The notes: generated by a model from the letters alone, not told the origin. A stretch of DNA of 64,000 nt from Pseudogymnoascus verrucosus (GCA_001662655.1 KV460206.1), one strand, 5' to 3'; positions 24,076-37,653 are shown, counted from the stretch's first letter. Made by a program: numbers and translations.

Positions 24076-25758
24076 TTCGACGGACGGATTTGGATTGTGT
24101 CTCCGCGTCGCTGGGATGCTGGGGGGTCCGCCTTGCGTGATGCGGTCTTCCGAATTATATGGACGTTTTGGGTGGTATTTTCTAGTGGCTAGCGGGGAAA
24201 GGTCGGGAGTTGGAAGGAAGTGGAACTGGGGTGGAGGAAGGAATATTGCCAGCCGTACGCTTTAGCTGGGTTATGCCCAGTAGAGCTGGAGTTGCGGCTG
24301 GAGGGGAGTGGAATCGGTTCGATTTGGATAAGGCAGATTTGGCGTTGATGGACATGAGTTGTAGGCTGGATAGGCAGCTTCTTCGCGACGAGCATACAGT
24401 GCCATAGTTAGTTGGGCATTAAGTCTATTCATCCTGTGATGAAGGATCGTAGCGATGATTTGCGCATTCGCTTTGGATCCAGTATACAAGTGCTGTGTTG
24501 TAGTGGCGGTGTGGCGTTGAAGAAACTCTCCGTTGAACTGGTAGATAGGCTTGCATGCCTGGCCTCCACAAAGCCCGCCATGGGGACCACCACAACGTCC
24601 TTCAATTAGAGTTCCTGTAGGACGTGCGGGCGGCCGCTTCCTTCCACTACACTAACAGCCCGCCGCCATCTGCGTCGATTTTAACTTTACTACGCCACAG
24701 AGGACAGTTGGGATGGAAATCATATGTCTCTTTGGTCGAATATCGCGCCTCAATGCAGGATAATGATATGAATACGGTACTCCGCCTGGCTGGGTTCTCT
24801 CGGTGTGCAGACTCAAGCCGCTCTGGGAATTTGAGGAGGGGGTGGGTTACGTTTCCCCTGCTAAGCTAGAGTTACATTGCATGAGACTAGCCAGCCGCGA
24901 TGCTATTTGATAATCTATTTGACAATGTGTCTACACCGAAGTAAGTTCTGGACTCGTCACAATGCAGTACTTATACTCTTATCTATACGAGGTGTCTTGG
25001 AAATATCTTGGCAGCCCACTGGGAATATCTCGAACGTGGGCGGCCAAAATCTGTCACCAGTTCTGTTCAGTGTCCTCTGTCTCTTCTCCGATATCAGAAA
25101 TAACAGCGCAGTTGTGCGAATTACACCCTTTCCAAAGGACAGGACCACCTGTCGAACTGTTACGCTAATGGCATCGATGTGCAACTTCCATCATAGTTCA
25201 GCCATACAGATGCTTGCCGATCCGTGAGGCTGTGTCTTCTCTTTTTGTCCGAGATGTACACCTGTGGCGTCTAGTGCCTGCTATATTGGGATGCAATCTA
25301 TTCTACATAAGCCTCGGCGTATGGTTTGTCCTCTCTTACCCCCCATCTTTGTTCCAGCCCATCGCGCCTCTGGCCCATAGACAAACTCTATCCAGGATAG
25401 AATTCTGGGTAGAGCGTCGGTTGCTCCTGTCTTGGAATTGATCAGCAGAAGCTGGCACCATTGTATGCCACCCTCAACCCTCAACCCTGGGTTACATACT
25501 CTCCAATCACCTGCCATATAGGCCTGTCTCTGGATCATTCACGGCATATAGTTGAGCTTGGTGAAGCGAGTAAAGTATCTTTCAACTGGTGCCTCCATGA
25601 TACTGGGGGCTAGTTTCCAAACACTCATAATGCTCACCGAAGCTATAAACTAGGAGAATGTCGTCTTGATCTGCCACTCGCCAAAACGTCTGAACTGGCC
25701 TGAGCAAACCCCTTGCTGGCTGTGATTTTCACCGAGACTCTCACACTCTCTCGTCAAG

Positions 25759-28191
25759 ATGCCGCCATGGTACAACATCGAGTTGCCTTCCCTTCACCAC
25801 TATGACAACCCGCCCGACCTCGACGTCGCCGACGAGCGAAACCCATCGCCCCAGCCACATATCTCGGATTCTAGAACGCACAATGCGCCATGGGCGTCGA
25901 GAGGCACGCTAAACGACAGTGCGGATAATTTGTGGCGCACCGATTCCCCGCCCTCCACCGCCGCGGGTCATCAAGATGCCCGGACGCCAATACTCAGCCA
26001 GCATGAGACGTTCAGGTGCAGCGTGGGCACCAAGTCCCCTCTCCAGTCAAAAAGAGAGCGGTTTCTGATGACCTGGTTGACCTGCGCTGCCGCTGTCGTC
26101 TCGACGATCTTTTCGGTGTACTATTCATACACGGTGCTCGTGAGTGAAAGAGCTGTCCCTCAAGCGCTGAGTCTGTCGCCGGGGAAAACGGTGATGGCTA
26201 TTAACGTGCTATCCCATGTGGTGGCGTACCTATTATGGAGCTTAATTACCGATGCGAACGAAGAGCTGCGGTGGTCTTTGGCATGTCGCCCGCAGGGTGT
26301 TACCTTGACCAGCTTTCTGGTGCTGAGCAGAGCCACGCCGTTGCACGGTGTGGCGTACTTATGCACTGTATGGGGTGGGCATATACTCTGGGCATTGCAG
26401 AAGTGGGTGTGCACCATCCAGCCATCTGCTGGACACCCAATGCTATTTTGAGGCGCTTTGCCACATTTACTGATATTGCTGCAGGATTATTGCAATGGGC
26501 TTGGTCACCCTCCTCGGCCTAGTCTTGATCAGTCTGTCCCCCTGGCCTGCCAAATATCACCCAGTAAGAGACTAGCTAACATACTACAGCTGATGTGACG
26601 TTCAAAAATATGTATACAGCCGTTCATTCCGCCGCTCAGGTCCCTGTCATAGCTGGCCTTGCTCCCCTGTCCATCAAATTTCTCCCTTATGTTAACCCGG
26701 CTTTGATCAATGTGTACGCAGGCAGCTATACATACGGCTTCCTCACCGATCCCCGCTTTGTCGCAAATATGGAACCTATAAAGTGCGAAGGTGATACGTG
26801 CCTCTCAGTATTTCTGCCTGGGGGACTCCACACTGTAAGGGTGGCCAGCGGAGACAAGAATTCCACATTATTCAAGGATGAACTAGGTGCTGGGCAGTAT
26901 GAGAGCATCATTATTAACCAGGCCCCGGGATACCAGGTAGAGTTCTATGACTTACCAGCCAATTATAAATTTAAAAGCGAGGACTGTACAATATATATCG
27001 ATCATATTGGATATTCTAATTACGGACTCTATGTCTGTATAGCCACTCATGGCCCAGACCTACTCTCTGGTTCGTATTCCACATATCAATTATCTGTCTT
27101 TTACCTTCATCTATTGCTAGCCTGCACTTGTTCTTTATAAAGAAAAAGCTAACCCATGACACATTTCAGGCTGGACTGTATGTCCCACAGATGCAGGAGT
27201 CGGAAACTGCGGCCAGAACACAACCTGGACGGAGAAGTACCCTATGGACCAAGCCACCACAACCTCTATGTATAAGCGTTACGCCACTGTCGCCTACGAC
27301 GCAAAAAATATGTCTATCTTGAGCATTGAACGCCTCACTTCTCCGCAAGCAACCGCCATCGACGCAGATATAATACGCACCTACTTCGGCATCGTGATGA
27401 AAGATCAGCCGGCCTTTGCCAACTCTACCGCCCCTGTATTTTCGAGCGCTAACTCCACGACCCCCATCTTCAAAAGCAACAGCGAAGCATCCAACGCTTG
27501 CACCTCCTACACGGTTCAATACGGTATCTTCTGGATCCTGAGCCTGTATAGGTCGGACTTCAACTCGTACGCTGATGGCGGGCTCGCGGTCCTGCGCGGC
27601 TTCCTGTCTATCCCGCTGCAGTTTTCGACGGAGATCTGGCAGCAAGCTGCCATGGATACGCTGCCCGATGATCTCAGAGTCGATGCACAGCTATCGCGCG
27701 TCAGCTACCGAGCGCTCATTCAGGCATGGACGGTGTACATATTCGGCGGATCGGCATTTCTCGTTCTTGCATGGTGCATAGGGTGCCTGTGGTGGTGCTA
27801 CCTTGGGCCACACACCCCGAACTCTTCGTACTTTCCAGAGATAGACATTACCTCCAAGGGCACGAGTCCCGCGGCCGCCGTGAGACGCCCCGACGGTAAT
27901 TATGCGTCGAGTATGCGATCAGGACGCGCGAGCAGCCGCACATTACACTATCCACAGTTTGGACCGTTTGAGAAGGGTGTCGAGCAGGAGGAAGAGCTGG
28001 AGGACTTGGAGTACCTGATGCGAAAGTTGGGGCTCGGGAACGGCATGTCGAGGGCTGTGGTGAAAGGGGTTAAGGGGAAGAGGATATACTGCGGGGCATA
28101 TATAGGGGAGATGGGGGAGGCGGATCATATTGTCATTGTGACAGAGAAGGACAGGGTGAGGCCGCTGGTTAAGAACAAGCTGTACTGCTGA
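25759..28191 (+). CDS. Hypothetical multi-pass membrane protein with a Cys-containing extracellular region
   Basis: Three long collinear ORFs (25759-26451, 26595-27140, 27244-28191) plus a small exon, linked by GT..AG introns. Hydrophobic segments near the N- and C-termini; several N-x-S/T sequons. Confidence 0.75.
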
Positions 28192-28434
28192 TGTTGGCTT
28201 GGCAAATAGGTGGGGGGAGGGATCTGGAGTTGGCGGGAGGAATGTTTACGCTTATACGACTATGTAACTTATAATGGTGGGACGGCTGGATAAATTAATG
28301 AGCCACGAATTTCAACTTCATACGAGTTTATCACCTCTAGCGCCGTAGAATATCCGCCAGCTAATATGTGATTATTGCCGTATTTTATCTTTTATAAAGT
28401 TGAGAGACTCTCCTCAAACCCAGGGAACGAGTCT

Positions 28435-29672
28435 CTATTTGCAGGTGAAGCCAGAAGGAGTGTAGTTACACTTCGATGTCTTGCCACCACCAGTAACAGC
28501 TACGTTGGTAAAGGTCCAGTTGGAGCAAGATCCGGATCCGCACTCAATGTAGAAGTCCATACCTGCGGAGGTGACGGTACCAGTGACACCAGATAGGACG
28601 CTAGGGAAGGTTTATCAGATTACATCCTCATAATGGGGGATAATAGGAAAGCAGCATACAGGTTGGTAATAGGCACACCGTTGTCAGGGGTTCCCTTTGC
28701 GTCTCCGCCATTGTAGTCCTGCTCCAGGATAACACCGTACTTAGTAATGCCGCTAAGCTTGATGTTTGAGTAGGTGACCTTATCCACCAGACCGGTGGTT
28801 CCGACATTGGTCTTGATTCGGACACCGATGGCGCTATCAGTGATGGTGCTGTCCTTGATTTGGACATTCTGGACTGTGTTGTCATCACGTCCGCCCACGG
28901 ATCCAATAGACAGACCGTGACCACCATTGCAGTTCATGTTTGAAATGACAATGTTAGTGCCTGAGTTAATAGCGACACAGTCATCCTGGTTGTACACGGT
29001 GGCGCCGGTGATAGTCAGCTGGTCGACAGAGCCAATGTCGAAGGCGTCGGTGTTCTTACCGAGGGCGGTGCCGGCCTTGTTATTTAGAGTAACGCCGCTG
29101 ATTGTAAGGCCTGTGGAGCTTCCGATAGACCATGCCTGGACGGGAGAGTTCAAGATGGTGATCCCTGTGATCTATTCACAACTATTAGGACAGTATGGTA
29201 AGAGGCGACTAAATGTTTCGTACCTTGGACTTTCCATTTAGGTTATGGGCTTGGAAAAACTTTGGCTTTTTAACGCCGCCACTTCCACCATTGCCATCCT
29301 GTTTAGTCACGAATGTCAGCATACGTCTCTGACCAGACGTCGTGTGAATGTTCTCACCCAGTAGCTGGCACCTTTGCCATCCAATGTACCAGTGCCTGTG
29401 ACCGTGATGTCCGTGCCAGACACTGATACCAAGGGTCCTACCCACGCCGAGTATGCGAATGTGGTTGTGCCAGTGAAGGTGACAGTTGTGCCTGTCTTTA
29501 ATCCAGTGAGATCCAAGGTCTTTCCAGCAGGGACAGCCATCGACGATATTGTGATCGAAGTATATGAAGCCTTTGCCGAGGCTACATCGTTGAAATTGCT
29601 AATAGTGATGGATTGTCCATTCACCACCGCAGCGAAAGCCAACGCAAGACTAAAAAGAGTTTTTGCTGCCAT
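28435..29672 (-). CDS. Secreted endo-polygalacturonase (GH28)
   Basis: Signal peptide MAAKTLFSLALAFAAVVNG; catalytic motifs NTDAFD, QDDC, GHGLSIGS, RIK; last exon ends ...KCNYTPSGFTCK*. Three introns. Confidence 0.95.
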
Positions 29673-30995
29673 TATGATGTCCACGGGTTTCGATGCAAGG
29701 AAGATGGTTAAATTAGAGATTAAAAAGCTTCGTATCTTGGCGGCCTAGGCCTTCAACTTATACTTGAAGGAAGCTTCTAAGACCTACTAGGGTTATAATC
29801 AAGCATTGAGTCGGTCAATAATCCGTCCCTGTCAAGTAGATTAAATTGCGGGGAAGAGATCCGATCTTGGCCATGCTTAACATGAACTTTAAGGTAGCGG
29901 AAGATATTTCGAAAAAGTCCATATTAATGGAGAAATAAAGTCAATGTGAGAGTACTATAAGTCAGGACAGAGCTGGCCCGTGACAATAATCTTCTCCACA
30001 GCGGATAAATGGTAGTAGAAAACTGCCTGAGAATTGGCGGTTTCGGAGGAAATAAGGCCTCCTATCATCGCCAAGCTTTGTTTTCAAATATAGCATGAAT
30101 CGGAGCGGCGGCAGTCTATCTGCGACCTACCCTACAAATATTTCACGATGCTGTGGATATCTCGTAAAAGTGTAGTAAATTGTTACCTAGTAGATGATTT
30201 GTGTGATGAATATATATTTCTCTTATGGTCATATGATATGGTACAGTTACCCACATCTTAAAGGGTTGTGACGACGCTCTTCCGCCTCGATGCTGATCGA
30301 GGCCAGATACGATTTGCCGGGCATCGTATAAGGTAGCACCACGGCATACCCCGTTCTTGATCTGCCTGCAGCTCCGGCATTGGAGCGCTATTTTCTCTGT
30401 AGTTATGTGTTATTCAACTTATTGTTCACAGGCGTGGCATGTTGCAACTATAGTACCACGGTACCACTATTTACCATGAAAGCGGGGACAAAGTGGGGAT
30501 AGGGGTTCAAGCACCAACGGCTTCTCGGTCGATGGCGGTACTGTAATATTGTGCGGGGTATGTTGGGCTATAAGGGTACCTGAACGGAGGATATTTTCAG
30601 ACTCCATTCCAGTTAAGAAATGTTAGTACCGGCGAGCTTCGAGATTGTGCCCTGACAAAGTGTCGTTGAGCGGTACCTTGGGCAAATAGTTGCCAGCTTA
30701 TTTGTATACCAAGAATAATGCAGGGCAAGTACCTACCCTGCATTTTCCGTGCAAGGCTCATAATCCTGACTGATTGCAGCCATGTCGCCATGGCTCTTTT
30801 ATCACCGAGCACCAGAGTGAGAATTCAACAGCTTACAGCTTCTCTTTATTCTTATCGGCGCGCGCTACTCTGAAACGTTGTCCAGTACCCCACACCACTA
30901 CATGGCTCCACTCCTCGGCGCACCTGAAAATCCGTAGTGGCACATGCAGAACCACGCTTTCGATAACCGCGCCTTGCATCCCTCCCCGTTAACTA

Positions 30996-32631
30996 TTACA
31001 AAGCCTCTGGAATCCGCATTCCTTCTATTTGTTTAATCGGCCACTGCACCCAATAGCGGTGCTCGTCATCGAGCAGGCGATAGATTTGATCCATGAGATG
31101 AGTGCTCCAGCCCTTAGCCCACCAGTGCGCACCAAGCTGGTGTAAAAGGACACAAAAGAATGCAAAAATACACAAAGCTCCTGGATCCTGGTTTTTAAGT
31201 AAGACAAAATATGCTTCCGGAGTTCTAAAAACCCAAATAAAAGCGTCACTTGCTTCATACGTCTCGGCGTAGGTATAAAGAACATTGAGTGACATGTGCA
31301 GTTCAGTCAAGGCCCCGATATACGCCTCTATAAGCCTGGGGTCCACGCATGAACTGAGAATACGCTGTTGCAGCAGTTTCACTTCTTCCCCATGCACCGA
31401 ACTGTCCATGGGCGGCTCTGGAGATCGCAACAGGAATCGCCTATGTCCATTTTGAAACATCGGCCCGAGAGGCCCTGAGAACAGCGTTGGGGTTGCTGAG
31501 CCGATGATAGAACTCATGCCTCTCATTAATACCATCCAGTTAGCGAGGCCTTTGTCGTTTACAAGAAGAAAATCTTCTTGTGTCCGAGGACGAGCCATAG
31601 CGAAGATGCCAGCAAGGGCAGCGAAGATACATAACGGGGTGCAGTTTTCTTTGTCCATGTATGGGAGCAAGCTAGTCGCCCTGCGCAGGCCTAATTCATG
31701 GTGCATGATACCCCTTGAAATATAAAAGTCCTTCCGGCTAGGTCGTAGGCTAGCCAGATGAAGCGCCGCAATTGCTAGGATACCACGTAGGACGAACTCA
31801 TTGGAAAAGCCTATTTCGCAAACAGTCATCTGCCACAACGTCCTCTGCACGGGATCTCTTCTTAGGGTATGATAAGTGGATGTAGTGTAGTGGTGTAGGA
31901 GTCTAGAAGATTAAGGAGTTAGCGCTTAATATTTAACCACTGTTTAGAGGTGAACTGATTGGGTAAATAAGAGACTGTCTTGAGTTATTTTCAGAGTACA
32001 TAGAGGAAGATAAACATTTCAGAGATGGAAGAACAATGATTTTTGAGATGCCATTATCCTTACTCCATGTTAACAAGATCTAGGCTGAGCTGGGAGTCGC
32101 CGTAGGCCGATTCGGGGCTGTTTGCTACCTGCTCATCACTTGCCGACAACAGAATTTTATCGGACGATGTTGGTGGCAGAGTCGGATACTCGCATTGCAC
32201 GGAGCGCTTTAAGCAGTTGTTGCAATGCGGTTTCGTTTCATCACACTGTATTGAGACGTTAGAGTCAGCAATGCATATATGCAGTCTATTCTCAATCCCC
32301 GCATAAGCAAAAAGAGGGAGTGCAGCTCAAGTGAGAGCCGCAGAATTCCAAGTCATGAGCCAATGAATAACGATGGCGAATTAGCAGGCAACTGTCAACG
32401 ACAGAACAGCTTGGCATTTCAGCCTCAAAGATCCATGGTGCCGCCTGTGCCATTCAACGACTCGTGAGCAGACAAATCACTCGCAACAAACCACGAACAC
32501 AACGAGAAAACACCAACCTTAATTTTCCTAGCCTTGCAAATCATGCAGCCTGTCCTCGTTTTGCGGTGGGATCGCCTCGAGCATTGGGTAATTGTAGCCA
32601 GCGACGGACTTTCATGCATTGTGACATCCAT
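30996..32631 (-). CDS. Zn(II)2Cys6 transcription factor with an Upc2-like C-terminal domain
   Basis: RRSHRKTRTGCMICKARKIK|CDETKPHCNNCLKRSVQCEY split by an intron of about 270 nt; second intron 32063-31903; then ELLHHYTTST...ILAIAALHLA...WWAKGW. Confidence 0.9.
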
Positions 32632-32904
32632 GTGGGAAGATATATGCGAATGTGCGAGTGAGGAGCGATATTAGGTTGACGCGCCAGGGTGCGATGTGCT
32701 TCTGGGATAGTTGGGGTGTACTCGCAAACCACAATGATAGCGGATGGTACCTAGGCTATTCTCACATCAGATTCTTCGATAACGTGCCCAACACCCCTGA
32801 GATCGAGGTTTTAAATGGTAGATTAAAAGGTTTGTTTTTGTCACAGTTGCAACATTGAGGAAGATGGTCGACAAAAACGTATTATTATGTTGTTTTAGTG
32901 AACG

Positions 32905-32944
32905 CGAATACGAGTGAGTACGAGCGAATACGAGCGAATACGAG
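32905..32944 (-). promoter_or_regulatory. Four tandem 10-bp units CTCGTAYTCR upstream of the Zn2Cys6 gene
   Basis: Plus strand cgaatacgag-tgagtacgag-cgaatacgag-cgaatacgag, about 275-315 bp upstream of the ATG at 32631. The repeat is seen; the regulatory role is inferred. Confidence 0.55.
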
Positions 32945-33126
32945 TAAAGCGATTACGTCCGATGATTAATGTCAGCGCGATCTCCGTTTAGGCCACGATT
33001 CGCGGCTGGCGTCGTAATTGACGGTATTTGCCGTCTCTCTAATATTGAATTTTAATATTAGAGACGGCAAATTTTAGTGGCAGCCCTATCATAGCTCCAT
33101 CTACAAGGGCTTAGGCACATAGTGTT

Positions 33127-33343
33127 TAGGCTACGCCACGGGGTACTGACCCCAGACCGGACCATGGTCTGGTCCGGTCCCAAATTTTGAAACCGGACCG
33201 TGGTCCGGTCTAAAGCCTCTAACCCACAGCAGTCCCCCAACGGTCTGGGCGGTTCACCCTGATTTTCCAACCCAGACCGTGGTCCGGGTTGGAAAATCTT
33301 CAGACCGCTGGTTTGGAACCATCGGTCCCCCATGACGCAGCCT
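33127..33343. mobile_element. 217-bp non-autonomous hAT-type MITE
   Basis: 17-bp TIRs taggctacgccacgggg / ccccatgacgcagccta (14/17 match), perfect 8-bp direct flanks ATAGTGTT (33119-33126 and 33344-33351), internal reiterated GGACC/GGTCC motifs and a palindrome at 33261-33298. Confidence 0.9.
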
Positions 33344-33958
33344 AATAGTGTTCATATCGAAGCTTAATATAACCTCTTCTCTAAATCCAGCCCTTTTTAG
33401 TAGGAGCTGACAGCACGGTTTGATGGGACTTGGACTGATTTGATATAACGGGGTCAGTACGGATTGAGGGAAGACTTGTTGGTTGCTGCGAGTTCCATGA
33501 CGAGGCTGAGACTTCGTTCCTATAGTTGCGCCGCCTAGGTGTGGACTTCTGTAGTTCGATGACAAAGAGTGATGAATATAAAGCAGCTAGAGCCATACTT
33601 CAATTCAGTCTCTATTCGTTCGTCCTACTGACGTTCTCTAACTGCAGCTTAATAATTGTTCTCAACTGTCCCTCTGTATAAATGTTGGGTTTCGGAGCGG
33701 CGTTTGGGTATATAATAATTATTATAGAATGGATGAATCACTGCAATTGGTCTAATTGATCAGAAGTGAGGGCTCGATTAAACTAGCTACTATGGCTACT
33801 CCATGTGCCGTATTGCCGTGCCCCAGGGCTAATCCAGGAGTAGGAGGGCCATGTCCCACCTCATGATCAGGTGAGCCCGGTTTGGCATCTACAGTGCCGA
33901 TGCCCCTATTGCAGGAATGGAGTAGAACTTCACACAACTCGTCGCCTCAGCTCAACCC

Positions 33959-34907
33959 TTAAATCTCTCCTACTTTTCGAAGTTGGAAATTGCTGCTGCT
34001 ACTCGCATTTTGTTCAACATCTTGGGATTGGCTGGAAGAACTCCATAGACGCATAGTCGCTTTCGAGATGATTGAGCTTGGATGCCAAATATTGAAGATT
34101 GCCAGAGTCAAAAACATGAGTGCCGCGTCGAATATGTAGAGGTATATCTCTTTTGAAAGAAGCACCCCATCCTGCCCCCCGATATACTCGACCACACGAA
34201 AGGTCGACCTGATCATGATGAGGCCGCTAGCTGCGTACAGAACGAGGAGATAACGTTGCCATGGAATATTGGCAGACAAAGAGCGGTTTGTTGGCACTTT
34301 GTGTAATCGGTAGTTGAAGATCCCTGCGACGATGATGAAAACACCGAAGAACATAATCTGGATAATAAGGCCGCCAGTGATGACCCAATTGCCTAGTTTG
34401 ACGGCATTCTCGTCCTTTGCCTTAGAGAGCATGCCACCACCGGCAGACTGTGTAAGGAACGACAAGACATCCCCAGCCACGAAATTTTTTGTGAGCCATC
34501 TGGCCCTGATAATAGAATGAGATTCGCCGTCAGTCAGCCGAATGATGCGGCCAAGGACCATGTATATCGAAGCCGCAAACAGGGCTGGGGCCAAGAGAAG
34601 AAGCAGGCTCTGCATAATATACGGAGTCATAGTCCATTCGCCAGAGGCTTCTTTCGCAGACATCGCTCTCCCGACATAGCCAACGCACTCAACTTATAGG
34701 AAAGGGGTTATTTAAAGGTCTTAAATCGACAGGATTGCGGGATAACTAACAAATTCCTCCAATAGCCAGCGGGATAAAGTACCAAGTTCTGAACATCAGC
34801 AATTGGATGCAGTGGCCAAACGTTGAAATGCCGAAAAGGGCAATAAATATGACGGATGCCACAAATGAAGGATCATAGTGATAGAAGGTAAACTTTTCAA
34901 CTGCCAT
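33959..34907 (-). CDS. RTA1-like (lipid-translocating exporter family) 7-TM protein
   Basis: MAVEKFTFYHYDPSFVASVIFIALF, intron 34750-34693, FECVGYVGR, LLLAPALFAASIYMVLGRII, WLTKNFVAGDVLSFLTQ, IRSTFRVVEY, EIYLYIFDA. Confidence 0.94.
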
Positions 34908-35591
34908 GATGTTTGATAGAACAGAGTGCAATGCGAACGAGGATCGTCAAGGTTGGTGTTATTAGACAAGTCCGGAGGAGGGAGAAGGTAGTGTCTGCAG
35001 ATGCAGTTCAATGGGTTATGATGGCAAGAAAGACTAAGATTCAGAAGTTAAGGAGATATATATATTCCTATTAGGGCGGCTATCATATTTTTATGTCTTC
35101 CAATCTGGAAATAGAATCTACTACCTTCATTTTCGCAACTAATAAGAGTGGTACGTCACTACGCAACGTAGACAATACTATTTTAAGGTTAATCTAGCCT
35201 TGAATTATTCACTCATTCGTTATTTTAGGACGGGTTCAGCTTATCCGACCTCACATTTTCCCCATACGCGTATAAGAAAGTCGGTTATGTCTTGCACTCG
35301 CTCGTACTCGGATGCACGTTCCCTAGAACAGGGCGCATAATTCTAATATAATAGAATGATCCACTTCTCACAAGCTAGGCAATCGCCTAGGGATACGCAA
35401 CTCAAAGTGGGGTTGTAAAGGCTCAAGTTCTCTTAATAACTTAACCTCAACCCTCTACTACTGAAACCATTAACTATGAAAGCCATTGCCGTTTGAAGTT
35501 CAAGTTTCAATTTAAGCACAGTCTATATTCCCAAGCACTAAGTCCTAAACAAGCTAAAACAAAACCTAAACTTTAGCCCCATGTCCGTTCT

Positions 35592-36979
35592 CTATTCCCT
35601 TCCGCCTAGAGTGGTCGTCCTACTATCTACCCTAAACAGGCTTTCCTCTTCTACGGGTGTGCTATCCGCTTTTGTGACAACAATCCAAAGTATCCTATTC
35701 GCCACTTTCTCCTCTTTCTTGTAAACCTTCTCCATCTTCTTATCTGACCCCTTATAAATTTCCCTAACTTTCTTCTCCTTATTTGCTTCCTCTTCTCTCT
35801 TCGCCGCTTCCAACTTTTCCAACTCTTCACTCTTATGTCTCGATCCCTGAATGAAACTTTCCTGGCCATTGTGCAATATTTCTATCTGCCTGTCGATTTC
35901 AAAAATCGCGTTGTCGGAAGGAAGCGTAGCGGCTGAAACGGCGGAGGCTTTAGAATCGCGCTTTTTGTGGCATTTTGCTTGCGTCTTTTCAAGTGCTTTC
36001 ATCTGCCTCTCGTTCGCCCATCGTAAAGGTTTCTGGCTCATCTTTGACATCCAACTCTCTGGAGGGGGTGCAGGGACGTCAAAAGTGAGGGGTGCGATGT
36101 ACCCTTCTAGTGCTTTGAGACGGAGAAGGCGGGGATCTTCGAGCCCTAACCCGATTTTAAGAGGATCTTTAGCTGCTTGGCCTTCGCCAGACTGAATGGA
36201 TGCTGGGAGGCTATGTCGATGGTGGGAACCAAGATCATGAACTGTTTCGAGAGGTGGGAGCTTGAGGTTTCCTTTAACATCCGCTTCGGAGAAGTTTATT
36301 GCCGCCATCATCTTTTTAGTAGTCATGATTCTACACACCTAAGATAACACAATGTCAGGCATGTACTAATTGCGATTAAAGAAGGACGTACCAAACCCCT
36401 AGGGGTAAATATTTCCTCATTGGTAGATTTCATGAATTTCCGCACGCGGACAAATGATACTCCCGCTGATGCTAGGACGGATGTCACTTGTAAGACGCCG
36501 CCTACCGCTTGTACAGGGAGGACGCCTTGCACAGACATCAGAGCACCCCCTGTTATGTGCGCTAGTTGGAAGATGGGGAGAGAGATAAAAACATGGTTTA
36601 GGCGGTCGATGAAACCGAGGAATTCTGATCTAGATGGATGAAGGTATTAGTGTGGGATTCACGGTAATGCTGCTAGGGCACTAACTCTGTGATTGGATTG
36701 CTAAGCGTAGAGAGAGAAGGTGGGTAGCAGCGGGTGAAGGGGGAGAATGATTTTATGAAAAAGAGGTTGGTTGATTCTAGTGTTTGAATTAGTAGAGGGT
36801 TCAACTAGAGGAGAGGTGGGCTAACGAGGAATGACGATTGGTTTATCTTCTCGATTGAGGGTGGATGCTGAGGGGGCAATTTCGTGGGCTTCAATGTCAT
36901 GGACTTGGTACTGTGGGGGAGAAGCTGTCTCCGTTGTTGACCCATAGTGGGAGCTTAATGACGTGTGGATATGGGACAT
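35592..36979 (-). CDS. Uncharacterised fungal protein with a central hydrophobic segment and a C-terminal coiled coil
   Basis: Four exons splice in frame: MSHIHTS...KPIVIPQ|STNLFFIKSFSPFTRCYPPSL...E|SEFLGFIDRLN...NEEIFTPRGL|VCRIMTT...EEKVANRILWIVV. Confidence 0.8.
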
Positions 36980-37653
36980 TTCTTAAAAATAGGGGTGCGC
37001 TGCACAATAACGGGTGGTCGTGTTTTGACAGTGGTGAGGTGACAAATAGAATCCGAATATAGGGCAAATCTTGGAGTTGATTTAGGTTAGGGCTCAGAAA
37101 TAAAACTCGAACCGCAGAGACTTTGCACTTTATATCTGTCTGACTTCCTGTGAGACTCTTCAGACCGCGTGTACTTGGAGTGTCTGTCAGTTGTGCCTCG
37201 TCAGCATTGCGCAACTCTGAATGACAAAAGTGAGATGCTTTTCTTCATATTAAGTTTAGAGGCTATCCTAAATAAAGATTCTACTGATGTTTCAATGGCC
37301 CAGATGGTCCTGGGGCTAGGACCAAGCTATAGTGACAAGAAAGTACGCAAGATCCTCATGGTTGTGTACAACGCGTTGCAAACGAGGTAATAATCAACAT
37401 CACTAGTCCCTGCTAGGAGACGCATACCGTATGTGACATACGTAGCAGCCTCAAGGAGTGATGATGAACCTGCATGGACTTGGAGGTCCTGATGCTTGAA
37501 CGCGTGGATATCTTGGCGCTGGCAGTTCTCTCTCGTATTTGCAAAGGCTGTCCCATCCAAATAAGTCTACGACGCTTCGTTAGACGCTGAGTGAACTTGT
37601 GCTCAAGTTAAAAAAATCATGGAACTCACTGCCCTTTCCAAAGTAAGCCTCGT

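Noticed and set aside
33569..33632. GTGATGA...CTGA pair resembling a C/D snoRNA
   Set aside because: Short, with no recognisable rRNA-complementary guide or internal boxes.
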